A DNA stretch of 53,529 bases, from positions 1 to 53,529 of the forward strand of contig JBIIOM010000001.1 of assembly GCA_044336925.1 (NCBI GenBank). The letters are read 5' to 3'. Both the position numbers and the translations under genes were made by a program. This DNA is from Pirellulales bacterium (GTDB lineage: Bacteria; Planctomycetota; Planctomycetia; Pirellulales; UBA1268). The notes beneath the pieces were generated by a model. That model was not told the DNA's origin and did not search any database. It saw only the letters and a list, made by a program, of their open reading frames with translations. Below, one piece after another: positions 26,772 through 36,087 of the stretch (the first letter of the stretch is position 1; each line of letters starts with the position of its first letter).

Positions 26772-28273
26772 TGCGGCCTTTCCTCCGCCGAGATCGGCGG
26801 CGCGGTCGGCGCTCGCAACAGAGCCCAACTGCCGAGGTCGATCGTCTCCAGCGGGCCCGGCAGCAGCTTCTCGGCAATCCCCCATGTGCTTCCTCGGTTC
26901 GAGACGGCGATGATCGCGAACTGTGGCGGAAGGTGCCGCCGGGCATCCGCATCGCGGATAGCTTTGCCGACAAGACTCCAGACGTAGAGCCCGTCCTCCG
27001 CGTGATAGAGGCGGCCCTCGGAGAAGATTGTCACCAGCGGATTCCACGGCAACCAGACCATCCCGGGCAGGCGGCGCGACAGGTCGAGGGCGTCGTCGTA
27101 GGCGGCGAGCGAGGCATGCGGCGCCCAGAGGCTGGTCGGTCGGGTGACGATCCGCCCAGCCAGGATCGCTATCGCCGCTACGGCCACGAGCCCTCTCACG
27201 GCAGTCGCCCGGCTCGAGGCCGAGACCGAACCGATCAGCACCACGGCCGCTGGTGGCAGCCAAAGCAGAAAACCCTGCAGGCAGTTGAGCGTGCCGCCTG
27301 ACTTGAAGGCCGATGCCAGACCCGGCGCCCAGGCGACGAGCCAGACGAGCATCGGCAGCAGGATGTCCGCCGTCGCCTGCCGGCGCGACAGCCAGAGCCA
27401 GGCTCCCACCGGGAGCGCGACATGCACCGCGATGTACGGCAGCAGATGGATGAACCGATTCCAAGGGTTCGTCGCCCAGGGGAGGCCGGCGGGCGTCAGG
27501 ACCGCCGTGAACCAGGCCCCGGCGGGATCGGTCGTCGCAAGCAGGATCGCAAGCCACAGGCACCCTGTCACGGACAGCCTGGCCACATGATGCAGGGTGG
27601 GTCGCCGGCCGGCCGTGATTGCCAGCCAGGCGATTTGCCCGAGCGGCACGCCCAGCGACGTCTGCTTGCACATCATTCCCGCCGTGGCGAGACCGGCCGC
27701 CAGCCAGCCGCCCCGCGCACCGCGGTCGCGCACCAGCGCGAGGTTCGACAACAGGCCAAAGGCCACCGCAAAATTGTCGGCCTGGAGAAACTGCCAGTTG
27801 GCCCACGGCCAGATTGCGATCGTGATGGCTGCGGCCAGCAGTCGCGGTCTTGGTAACACGGCGGGGCCGGTGCGGACTGGCCAAGCCAGGCAGGCCATGA
27901 CGATGGCTGTCACGGCGACGCCGATATTGATCGCGGCCGCGATGAGCAGGGCTTCGCCTGGCCCCCCAGCCCAGGTTGCCGGCCAGTTGAGCCAGACCGG
28001 CAGTGGTCCATACATCCACGTGCTCGCGGGACCGTCGCTCCCCGGGTAGAGCGGCAGGCCGAGCCGCAGGGAGAACGTGGGCGCCAGCCGGATATCGTTC
28101 CAACTGCGGAGCGGGAAGATGCACCAGCAGAGCCACAGCCACACCGCGGCCGTAGTCAAGGCAGCCGCAACGAGCAGCCACTCGGCGCGGCTGCCCAGCG
28201 AGTGTGTCCGAGCATGCAGGGTCGATCGCATCGGCGATGATACGGAATTCTCGGGTGACAGCAGGGGAGGCAT
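26768..28273 (-). CDS. uncharacterised polytopic membrane protein (possible GT-C)
   Basis: ATG at 28273. About 11 TM helices. MCKQTS resembles the post-TM K-E/K-H motif seen in the other GT-C-like genes here. Soluble C-terminal region of about 100 aa. Confidence 0.6.
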   Translation of the reverse strand: MPPLLSPENSVSSPMRSTLHARTHSLGSRAEWLLVAAALTTAAVWLWLCWCIFPLRSWNDIRLAPTFSLRLGLPLYPGSDGPASTWMYGPLPVWLNWPATWAGGPGEALLIAAAINIGVAVTAIVMACLAWPVRTGPAVLPRPRLLAAAITIAIWPWANWQFLQADNFAVAFGLLSNLALVRDRGARGGWLAAGLATAGMMCKQTSLGVPLGQIAWLAITAGRRPTLHHVARLSVTGCLWLAILLATTDPAGAWFTAVLTPAGLPWATNPWNRFIHLLPYIAVHVALPVGAWLWLSRRQATADILLPMLVWLVAWAPGLASAFKSGGTLNCLQGFLLWLPPAAVVLIGSVSASSRATAVRGLVAVAAIAILAGRIVTRPTSLWAPHASLAAYDDALDLSRRLPGMVWLPWNPLVTIFSEGRLYHAEDGLYVWSLVGKAIRDADARRHLPPQFAIIAVSNRGSTWGIAEKLLPGPLETIDLGSWALLRAPTAPPISAEERPQ

Positions 28274-28288
28274 CTCGATTATTGTGGC

Positions 28289-30250
28289 TCAACGGTCCTC
28301 GCGGCCAAGCGCCTGGAGGTTGGCGGCGGCCTGCGGGTGGCCCGGGGCGAGCTCCAGGCAGCGATGGTAGGCGGCGATCGCCCTATCTTGCTGACCGAGT
28401 GTGAGGAATGCGTTGCCGAGGTTGTTGTGGGCGTCGGGATTGCCGGGGTCGAGGGCGATGGCGCGGGCGAGAATCGGGATCGCCGCGTCGGCGTCGAACC
28501 GGGCGACCGTGGACCCGAGATTGAAGATCACGTAGGCGTCGTCGGGCGCCTCGGCCGCGATGGAGGCCCAGAACTCCGCCGCCTTTCGCGGATCGCTCCG
28601 CACGACCGCCCGGGCCAGGTGCTCCTTGGCCGCGAGTGAATCGGGCATCCTGGCGACGGCGTCGCGCAGCAGCGGCTCGCCCCGCGAATCACCGGCCCGA
28701 TCGAGCGCGAGGCCAAGATACATCCGCAGCCGATCGAGCACGGGATCGCGAAAGGCGACGCTGCCGTCGGCCTGCGTGGCCAGGCCCGCCTGGGCGGCGC
28801 GGGCGGCTTCTTCGGGCCGGCCGGCATTGAGGAGCGCGGCGGCGAGCGCTGCATATGGCACGGGATTTCGCGGATTGCGTTCGACCGCGGCGGCACAGGC
28901 CGCGATCGCGTCGTCGTGTCGGTCGAGTTTCGAGAGTTCCGTGCCGTAGCGGGCGAGCGACCGGGAGCTGCCGCCGCTCTTGATGACGGCGTCGTGCCAG
29001 GCGGCGAGCGGCGACCGATAGACCGTGTTGCGGGCGGCGGCAAGCGCCGCCAGGGCCACGACCGCGGCGGCTGCGAGGGGAAGCAACTGCGGCGCGCGAG
29101 TGGCGACTAGCACGACGGCTGCCGTGATCGGCACGGCGGAAGCCAGATACATCCGATGCTCCACGCACACATCCTGCACCGGCAGGATGCTCGACGTGGG
29201 CGCGAGCAGCAGGAGGAACGCGAGCACCATGAATGCCGCTGCCGGCCTCCGCCCAAGCGACCGGATCGCCCAGACCGCGACGCTCACGACTCCGACGGCG
29301 GGCACAAGCAGCCAGATGTCGCTGCCGAGGAAATCTCTCCTCAGCACGGCGCCGTGATCGATCGAAAGGCCCATCGGAATTACGAGCCGCGACAGATACC
29401 AAAGGATCACGACCGGCTGGTTGAGGGCGTAGACGCATGCCTGCCAGAAGGAGAAGCCGGCCTCGGGATAGCGATGCCGCTGGACGGCCACGATCGCAAA
29501 CAGGATCGGCAGCATGGCGAAGAGCGCGAGATGCCAGGAGCCGCGGCGGGAAAAGACATCGCGCCACGAGCCGGCGAGGAATGCCCGATCGAGCAGCAGC
29601 ATGACGAGCGGCACCACGACCACCCACTCCTTGCAGGCCATGCCCAGGCCGCAGGCGAAGGTCGCGAGGGCGACCCAGGGCAGCGGCCTCGCCGCGGTGG
29701 TCGCCTTCAGGAATGCGGCGCACGTCGCCAGCGTCGCCAGCGCCGCGAGCAGTTCGATCCGTTGGTAGACATAGCTCACCGCCTGCGACTGGAGCGGATG
29801 CACGAGCCAAAGCGCCGCCGAGAGCGCGGCGATCATCCGGGGCGGCAGGAAATCACTGGCGGCAATTCTTTGGTGAGTGAGTAGCGTGCCGACGATCCAA
29901 TACAGCAGCCAGCCGTTGACGAGATGAATGGCGACGTTGACGGCATGAAACGGTAGCGGGTCGAGCGGCCTCGTGCCGAAGAGGGCGGCTCCCAGCCGGC
30001 CGACTTGATAGTTGACGGCGAACGAGAGATAGGGAAGCGGCCGATGCGGCAACTCACCCCCTTCAAACATCGGCCGCCACGGCGGCAGGAGCGTGCGGAT
30101 CGCGGGGTTGTCCACGATCTCGGAGAGGTCGTCGAAGAGGAACGGGCCGCGGATGCTCGGGCTGTAGGCGACGATCGTCGCGGACATCGCCAGGGCGAGC
30201 ATCAGGGCGGGCCGTCGTGCGAGCCACGCGAGACCGTCCCGCGCGTTCAT
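28289..30250 (-). CDS. TMTC-like GT-C membrane protein with C-terminal TPR domain (paralogue T5)
   Basis: ATG at 30250 (MNARDGLAW) overlaps the upstream TGA as ATGA. Motifs: GPFLFDDLSEIVDN, PFHAVNVAIHLVN, VHPLQSQAVSYVYQRIEL, ACKEW, LAPTSSILPVQDVCVEHRMYLA. C-terminal TPRs. Confidence 0.8.
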   Translation of the reverse strand: MNARDGLAWLARRPALMLALAMSATIVAYSPSIRGPFLFDDLSEIVDNPAIRTLLPPWRPMFEGGELPHRPLPYLSFAVNYQVGRLGAALFGTRPLDPLPFHAVNVAIHLVNGWLLYWIVGTLLTHQRIAASDFLPPRMIAALSAALWLVHPLQSQAVSYVYQRIELLAALATLATCAAFLKATTAARPLPWVALATFACGLGMACKEWVVVVPLVMLLLDRAFLAGSWRDVFSRRGSWHLALFAMLPILFAIVAVQRHRYPEAGFSFWQACVYALNQPVVILWYLSRLVIPMGLSIDHGAVLRRDFLGSDIWLLVPAVGVVSVAVWAIRSLGRRPAAAFMVLAFLLLLAPTSSILPVQDVCVEHRMYLASAVPITAAVVLVATRAPQLLPLAAAAVVALAALAAARNTVYRSPLAAWHDAVIKSGGSSRSLARYGTELSKLDRHDDAIAACAAAVERNPRNPVPYAALAAALLNAGRPEEAARAAQAGLATQADGSVAFRDPVLDRLRMYLGLALDRAGDSRGEPLLRDAVARMPDSLAAKEHLARAVVRSDPRKAAEFWASIAAEAPDDAYVIFNLGSTVARFDADAAIPILARAIALDPGNPDAHNNLGNAFLTLGQQDRAIAAYHRCLELAPGHPQAAANLQALGREDR

Positions 30251-32526
30251 CGCTCCGCCTCCGCGGCCGCGAGCCGTGTCCGGAGCCAGTCGCAGCGGTG
30301 TGCGGCGGCCGCCGCGGCGGTGTCGTCGCCGAGAAGCTGACAGGTTGCTGAAAGACCATCCCACATCCGTGGATCACCCGAATAAAACCTCGTTGCCGAT
30401 TCGAACACGGCGCGGGCAGCGGCGGCGCGGCCTTCGTCGAGATGCCGGCGGCCCTGCCGAAGAAGCTCGTCGGGCGTGCCGTAGCCCTCGCGCTCGAACC
30501 AGCAAAGGTCGTCGAGTTCGGCCGGCGGGCCGTGAAGGGCCGCGTCGATCGCGGCGACATCGAGCCGGTAGACGAGGATCGACCCGCCGATCGAGGCGTC
30601 GGGTGTTCGCTGCCGAAGGAAGGCTTCGAGGCGGGCTGCCTGCAGGATGTTGAAGGCGGCCACGGCGAGATCGGGGAGCGAAGGGGGCTGCCCGATGTCG
30701 CCAAGGCCGAGGTCGTCGCGGTCGGCCGTGAAGGCTCGGAGCAGTTGTTTCGCGGAGCCGTCGTCGGCCTCCTTGCCCCCGGCGTCGAGCCACTGGCTCG
30801 CGCGGCGGTAGTGGTCTTCGAACAGGCGGCACCAGCGGCCGCGTGGCCGGTCGGAGATGCCTTGGAGCGCCGTCGCGCTCACGCAATAGATGCCGGGTTC
30901 GAGGACCTGCTTTACGCCCCAGCCCCGCGGATAGCCGAGGTGTTCAACGGCTCGCAGTTCCGAGGAGACAGGGGCGGCGCCCGAATAGTTGACGTAGATT
31001 CGGTCGGCGGGGGCCGAGTGCTGTTCGAGCCAGCGGCCGAGGCGGCGGAGATCCTGGCCCCAATCGAGGCTCGAATCCACGAGCCACTGGTGCGCCTCTC
31101 CGCGGGGCACGAGTTGGTTGAAGTAGGCGAGCGAGGCCGGATAGCGGCTGACGACGTCGGCCGCATGCAGGACCACGAGGCCGGAGATGAGGAACTTGCG
31201 CCACGGCACGGTCGCAACCTGCCAGCAGCCACCGGCGAGGATCATGAGCGGCGGATACGAGGGGAGGAGGTGCCGCTCACCGATATTCAGGTGACTGGTC
31301 AGAAACGTCGCCCAGAGAAGACCGAGCCACACCAACAGCGGCAGCACGTTCCAGGCCTCGTCATCGAGGGCGAGGCGGTGGGCGATTCGCCCGATCACGA
31401 GGGCCACCGCCCGGGCCACCCCGAAGCCGGCGAGCACAAGGGCGGGCAGTGTGTTCTTGACCGCGAGGCAGAGTGGAAAAAACCACCACCATCCAAACAC
31501 TGAATGCTCGCCGATCGCAAACGCTTCGCGATGGCCACTGCGAGCGGCGACGTAGCTCAGTCCCCACAGCCACGACTCGGGCAACAGCCGCCAGACCGCA
31601 ACCCCTTCGCAGACCATGCCGACACCGCCCGCATGGCCCACGCACTCGGCAAGTGTGGGAAACCAGAAAAACCCTGCTGGTTCCGAACCGGGCACGAACG
31701 CCCGGTAGCGGAAGCCGCACGAGGCCCAGATCACGAACACGGCCGCCAGGAGCGGCCCGACGAGGCTCGCGGCCATCACCGCCGCCTTCCGCCCGCGATC
31801 GACGAACATTGTCGAAAAGTCCGCCATAGAGAGCGGCAGCGGCCGCCGTGACGCTGCCATGATGATCACAAACAGCCCGGCCAGCGGCGCAAGCAGCACG
31901 CACGAATGCTTCGCGATCGCCGCGAGACCCACCGCGACGGAGGCCGCGATCAGTGAACCGACGGTCACCCGATTGACCAGATTCCAGAGCAACCATGCGC
32001 CGAGCGTGAAAAAGAGGCTGCCGCAGGCGTCGCTCGTGGCCAGCGGGCCGTGGGCCACGAGGGCCGGCCAGAAGGCTGCGAGCCCGAGCGACACAAGCCC
32101 GCCACCGTGGCCAAAGAGTGAACGGGCCCACAGATAGACGACGAGGCAGAGCGCCGCGGACCATATCGTCGCCATCCCCCGTGCGGCGGCAAGGATGACC
32201 GCCGGATCGTGGCCGGACTCATAGAGGAGCGAGCGTCCCAGGCGAAAGCTGTCGCTCTGCCGCCATGCCACCTCATCCTCGGGCAGCCGATATCCCAGCG
32301 CGACAAGCGGCACCGCGCACCAGCGCTGCGGCAGATTGCCGTTTTCAGGCTGGAGCCGGTAGTCGTCGGTCGTCCAGTACGAGAGGCCGGATGCGATGTG
32401 CAACACCTCGTCGAACGTGGCCGAGGCGTCGAGTGTCGCCGTGAAGGCGAGCGCAGAGTGGGCGATGAGCAGGCCGGCCACGGCGATGCCCTGGAGCCAC
32501 GGGCTTGGATGGCCAGACGCCGTCAT
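30247..32526 (-). CDS. GT39/PMT_2-like GT-C glycosyltransferase with large C-terminal domain, copy B
   Basis: ATG at 32526 overlaps the upstream TGA as ATGA. First-loop motif TFDEVLHIASG...YRLQPENGNLPQRW. Also IAKHS and the periplasmic motif VDSSLDWGQDL. C-terminal TPR-like end. Confidence 0.75.
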   Translation of the reverse strand: MTASGHPSPWLQGIAVAGLLIAHSALAFTATLDASATFDEVLHIASGLSYWTTDDYRLQPENGNLPQRWCAVPLVALGYRLPEDEVAWRQSDSFRLGRSLLYESGHDPAVILAAARGMATIWSAALCLVVYLWARSLFGHGGGLVSLGLAAFWPALVAHGPLATSDACGSLFFTLGAWLLWNLVNRVTVGSLIAASVAVGLAAIAKHSCVLLAPLAGLFVIIMAASRRPLPLSMADFSTMFVDRGRKAAVMAASLVGPLLAAVFVIWASCGFRYRAFVPGSEPAGFFWFPTLAECVGHAGGVGMVCEGVAVWRLLPESWLWGLSYVAARSGHREAFAIGEHSVFGWWWFFPLCLAVKNTLPALVLAGFGVARAVALVIGRIAHRLALDDEAWNVLPLLVWLGLLWATFLTSHLNIGERHLLPSYPPLMILAGGCWQVATVPWRKFLISGLVVLHAADVVSRYPASLAYFNQLVPRGEAHQWLVDSSLDWGQDLRRLGRWLEQHSAPADRIYVNYSGAAPVSSELRAVEHLGYPRGWGVKQVLEPGIYCVSATALQGISDRPRGRWCRLFEDHYRRASQWLDAGGKEADDGSAKQLLRAFTADRDDLGLGDIGQPPSLPDLAVAAFNILQAARLEAFLRQRTPDASIGGSILVYRLDVAAIDAALHGPPAELDDLCWFEREGYGTPDELLRQGRRHLDEGRAAAARAVFESATRFYSGDPRMWDGLSATCQLLGDDTAAAAAAHRCDWLRTRLAAAEAER

Positions 32527-35060
32527 CGCGCTGCCTCCTCTGGCCCGCGCTCGAGCAACTTTTGCAGCTCCGGCGGCACGTCGCTGCCGAGCCGCTGCGC
32601 GGTGCGGATGTCCGCGATCGCTGCCGCGACGTTGCCAAGCCGCAGGCTGAGAACGCCCCGATTGAAGTAGGCCGGCGCGAAGTCGGCGCCGCGGGCGATG
32701 GCGGCGGCATAGGCGGCGATCGCCTCCTCCGAACGATCGATCGTGGCGAGAACGTTGCCGCGATGGTAGAGGGGCTTTGGGTCGTGCGGGGCGAGGCGGG
32801 CGGCCTTGTCGTGGGCGGCAAGGGCATCGCCGAGCCGCTCACGGGCCGCGTAGACGAGGCCGAGCCGGTCCCACGCGACGGCGCTCGTGGGGTCGAGCCG
32901 CGTGGCCTGCTCGAGGGTTTCCTGCGATTCCACGAGCGACCCCTGATCAAACAGCCGATCGCCGCGCCGCACGAGCGCCGCGGCATCGCCCCCCGAGTCG
33001 CGCTCCATCCACGAGATCGGCTCGAGCTCCGCCGGCGGGCCGGCCAGCGCCTGCGCAAGATCGGCCGCGGAGAGCCGAAACACGAGGATCGAGCCGCCCA
33101 CAGTGGCATCGGGCTCGCGCTTCCGGAGGAACGCCCGCAGCCGACCGGCCTGCAGCAGATTGAAGGCATGCACCGCGGCCTCGCGAACCGCGGCATCATC
33201 CGCCGCCTCGTGGGGCTGCACCGAAGGAAGATCGCCGCGGGAATCATTGACGATCGCGCCGGCAGCGGAGGCATCTTCAGTGGCGGCGTCGATGAAGCGA
33301 CGGGCCCGCTGGTAGGTCGCCTCGAAGGCAGTGCACCAGGGCCCGAGCGGTTCGGCGTAGACGCCCTGCAGGAGCGTCGCGCTCGTGCAGTACACACCGG
33401 GCTGCAGTCGGCGCGGCATGCCTGCCGCCGGAGCGAGGTCGATGCTCTCGGCCTGCGGTAGCACGCGATCGACGAGATCACTGCCAAAGTAGCAGGCATA
33501 CACCGGCTCGCCGGGCTCGGCATGGCGATCGAGCCAGGCCCGCAGGCGAAGGAGGTCCTGGCCCCAGTCGAGGTTCGAGTCCACCAGCCAGCGGTATTCG
33601 CGACCGCGAGGCACGAACTGGTTGAAGTAGGCAAGCGACGAGGGCCAGCGACTCGCGACGTCGATCGCATGGAAGGCGAGCAGAATGACGACGGCACGCC
33701 AGACCCAGGCGGATGAGGCGGCGGCGAGTGTTCCGCCCGCCAGGACCATGAGTGCCGGGTACGACGGCAGCATGTGGCGTTCGCCGATGTTCAGGTGGCT
33801 CGTGAGGAACGTGGGCCAGAAGACGACGAGGATGCCGAGCGGGGCGAGGCTCGCGTACGTCGCCCGCCCGAACGGCAGGCGGCGGCCGATGCTCTCGAGC
33901 AGGCCGCGGCAGGCGACGCCGATTCCCCACAGCGAAAGGATGAGCGAGGGCAGCGTGTTTTTGATCGCGAAGCAGAGTGGAAAATACCACCACCAGCCGT
34001 CGATCGAGTAGCTGCCGATGGCGAAGGCATAGCGGGTGCGGACGGTAGCCCCCACGTAGCTGAGCCCATAGAGCCAGCCCTCCGGAAGAAGCCGCCATGT
34101 CGCGAGCACGCCACAAATCCTGCCGATCGTGCCGGCGTGCTCGCTGCACGACTCGAGCGTTGTGTAGCGGCGAAACTCCTGTGGCCCGCAGTTGGGCCCC
34201 GCGACTTCGTACCGAAACCCGCACGACGCCCAAATGAAGAAGATGGCCCCGGCGAGCGGGACGACGAGTGCGGCGGCCGCGAGGGCGGTCCGCTGCCCGC
34301 GGCCGCGGACGACCGTCTTCCACGGGCCGAGATCGACGACGAGCGGCCGGCCGAGGGCGGCGATCACGGCGAGATACACAATCGCCAGCGGCACGAGCAT
34401 CACGCTCGAATGCTTGGCGATCGGGGCAAGGCCGAGGGCGAAGAATGCGGCGGCGAGCGTGCCAGGCGTGATCCGCTGAAACAGTTCCCAGAGGGACCAG
34501 GCGCCAAGCGTGAAGAAGAGTGCCCCGCAGGCGTCGCTCGTGGCCAGAGGCCCGTGGGCGACGAGGGCGGGCCAGAAGGCGGCGAGAGTGAGCGAGACGA
34601 GGCCGCCGGCAGTGCCAAAGATCGACCGCGACCAGAGGAAGACGACGAGGCACAAGGCCGTGGACCAGACCGTGGCCATCGCGCGGGAGGCCGCGAGCAT
34701 CGCCTGCGGATCGTTGCCGCAGGTGTAGAGGTATTGCCGGCCGAGGAGGATCGCCTCGCTCTCCCGCCAGACGGGCTGGTCGAGTGTCGGGAAGTTCAGG
34801 TTCATGAAGAGCAGCGGGATCCCACACCACCGCTGCGGCAGGTTGCCGTTTTCGGGCTGAAGTCGATAGTCGTCGAGCGACCAGTAGGCGACGCCGGCCA
34901 CCATGTGGAGCGGCTCGTCGAACGTGGTCGCCGCACCGAGTGTGGCGGTGTAGGCGAGCACGTAGTGGCCCGCGAGGAGGGCGATGACGGCGGCCGCGAT
35001 CCACAGATGCCGAGGCGGGCCCGGGGCTCGCTCACCCTCGCGTGCGGTTCGCGCTCCCAT
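32523..35060 (-). CDS. GT39/PMT_2-like GT-C glycosyltransferase with C-terminal TPR domain, copy A
   Basis: ATG at 35060. Motifs: TFDEPLHMVAG...YRLQPENGNLPQRW, IAKHS, VDSNLDWGQDL. Clear C-terminal TPRs (AVAWDRLGLVYAARERLGDALAAHDKA...). Confidence 0.75.
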   Translation of the reverse strand: MGARTAREGERAPGPPRHLWIAAAVIALLAGHYVLAYTATLGAATTFDEPLHMVAGVAYWSLDDYRLQPENGNLPQRWCGIPLLFMNLNFPTLDQPVWRESEAILLGRQYLYTCGNDPQAMLAASRAMATVWSTALCLVVFLWSRSIFGTAGGLVSLTLAAFWPALVAHGPLATSDACGALFFTLGAWSLWELFQRITPGTLAAAFFALGLAPIAKHSSVMLVPLAIVYLAVIAALGRPLVVDLGPWKTVVRGRGQRTALAAAALVVPLAGAIFFIWASCGFRYEVAGPNCGPQEFRRYTTLESCSEHAGTIGRICGVLATWRLLPEGWLYGLSYVGATVRTRYAFAIGSYSIDGWWWYFPLCFAIKNTLPSLILSLWGIGVACRGLLESIGRRLPFGRATYASLAPLGILVVFWPTFLTSHLNIGERHMLPSYPALMVLAGGTLAAASSAWVWRAVVILLAFHAIDVASRWPSSLAYFNQFVPRGREYRWLVDSNLDWGQDLLRLRAWLDRHAEPGEPVYACYFGSDLVDRVLPQAESIDLAPAAGMPRRLQPGVYCTSATLLQGVYAEPLGPWCTAFEATYQRARRFIDAATEDASAAGAIVNDSRGDLPSVQPHEAADDAAVREAAVHAFNLLQAGRLRAFLRKREPDATVGGSILVFRLSAADLAQALAGPPAELEPISWMERDSGGDAAALVRRGDRLFDQGSLVESQETLEQATRLDPTSAVAWDRLGLVYAARERLGDALAAHDKAARLAPHDPKPLYHRGNVLATIDRSEEAIAAYAAAIARGADFAPAYFNRGVLSLRLGNVAAAIADIRTAQRLGSDVPPELQKLLERGPEEAAR

Positions 35061-35063
35061 CGA

Positions 35064-36077
35064 TCACTCCGTGCTCAGCGGAGTGCGTCCCGCGACGGCG
35101 GCGTGATCCTCGGGCAGCACGTAGTCCCGCCAGTCGCGGTGGGGCAGGAAATTGGCGGCACTGCGGTTGCCGAGGACGAACACGGCCAGAAGCAGGCTCA
35201 CGATGCCGAGCAGCAGGCCGCCGATCACGAGCATCCCCGCGGTGAACGTCGCCCAGCCGGGGATCGCGGCGGTCGTGAACAGTCGGATCGTGAGCACGGC
35301 GCCGAGCGCGGCCACGACCGCCGCCATCAGCCCCGCCACGATGACGAACAGCCGTGACACGATGACGTCGCTCCACACCGAGAGCGTGCAGATGCCGTGC
35401 ATCACGAGCGCCGGCAGATTCATCTTCGACTCCCCGGCGAGCCGGCGGCCGCGGGCGATCGGCACCTGCACGACCGGAATCCGGGCGTGGAACACGCCAG
35501 CGGCATAGTGATTCCAGATCTCGGATACGCCCACCACCCGCTCGAGCACCGGCCGCGGCAGGACGCTGAAGTTGCCCACCTTCACGTCGCGGCCCACGAA
35601 GATCTTGTGCAGCAGGCGAAACGTCCGGTAGCCGAGCATGAATCCCGCGCCGTCGTGTCGCTTGAGCCGCTCGGCGAACACCGCTGCGTGGGGCGAGCCC
35701 TCGACCGCCACCGCGAGCAACTCCGGCAGCGACGACGGGCAGTCTTCGCCGTCGCCATCCATCACCACGGCGTAGTCGGCGTCGGTCTCGGCGGCGATGA
35801 ACGACAGGCCGATCGCGATCGCCCGCTGGTGGCCGAGGTTGCGGCGGAGCCGGAGGACTTCGACGGCCGGGATATGCGGCGTCGGGCCGGGCAGGGCCGC
35901 ACACTCCTCGTGCCGGGAGCCGTCGTCCACGAACACCACGGCGAAGTCATAGGGGAGCGAAGCGGCGACGGCTTCGAGTTTGTCGAGCAGGAGCGCGGCG
36001 CTCTTCGCGTCGTTGAAGACGGGAATGCAGGCGACAACGGAGGGACGTTCGTGTGGCATGTGGTTCATGCTGTTCAT
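35064..36077 (-). CDS. GT2 glycosyltransferase with two C-terminal TM helices (GtrB/ArnC-type polyprenol-phosphate glycosyltransferase architecture)
   Basis: ATG at 36077. Motifs: ACIPVFND, VFVDDGS, VMDGDGED. The C-terminal hydrophobic segments VIVSRLFVIVAGLMAAVVAAL and FTAGMLVIGGLLLGIVSLLLAVFVL match GtrB/ArnC topology. Confidence 0.8.
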   Translation of the reverse strand: MNSMNHMPHERPSVVACIPVFNDAKSAALLLDKLEAVAASLPYDFAVVFVDDGSRHEECAALPGPTPHIPAVEVLRLRRNLGHQRAIAIGLSFIAAETDADYAVVMDGDGEDCPSSLPELLAVAVEGSPHAAVFAERLKRHDGAGFMLGYRTFRLLHKIFVGRDVKVGNFSVLPRPVLERVVGVSEIWNHYAAGVFHARIPVVQVPIARGRRLAGESKMNLPALVMHGICTLSVWSDVIVSRLFVIVAGLMAAVVAALGAVLTIRLFTTAAIPGWATFTAGMLVIGGLLLGIVSLLLAVFVLGNRSAANFLPHRDWRDYVLPEDHAAVAGRTPLSTE

Positions 36078-36087
36078 GACTGCCGAT

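Noticed and set aside
26772-28292. The N-terminal 500 residues of the 1038-aa ORF 25176-28292.
   Set aside because: This part is Arg/Gly/Pro-rich and overlaps the well-formed membrane protein in another frame (26768-28273). Real coding starts at the ATG at 26771 (MNLHSDRS), where similarity to the downstream paralogue begins and an ATGA overlap occurs.
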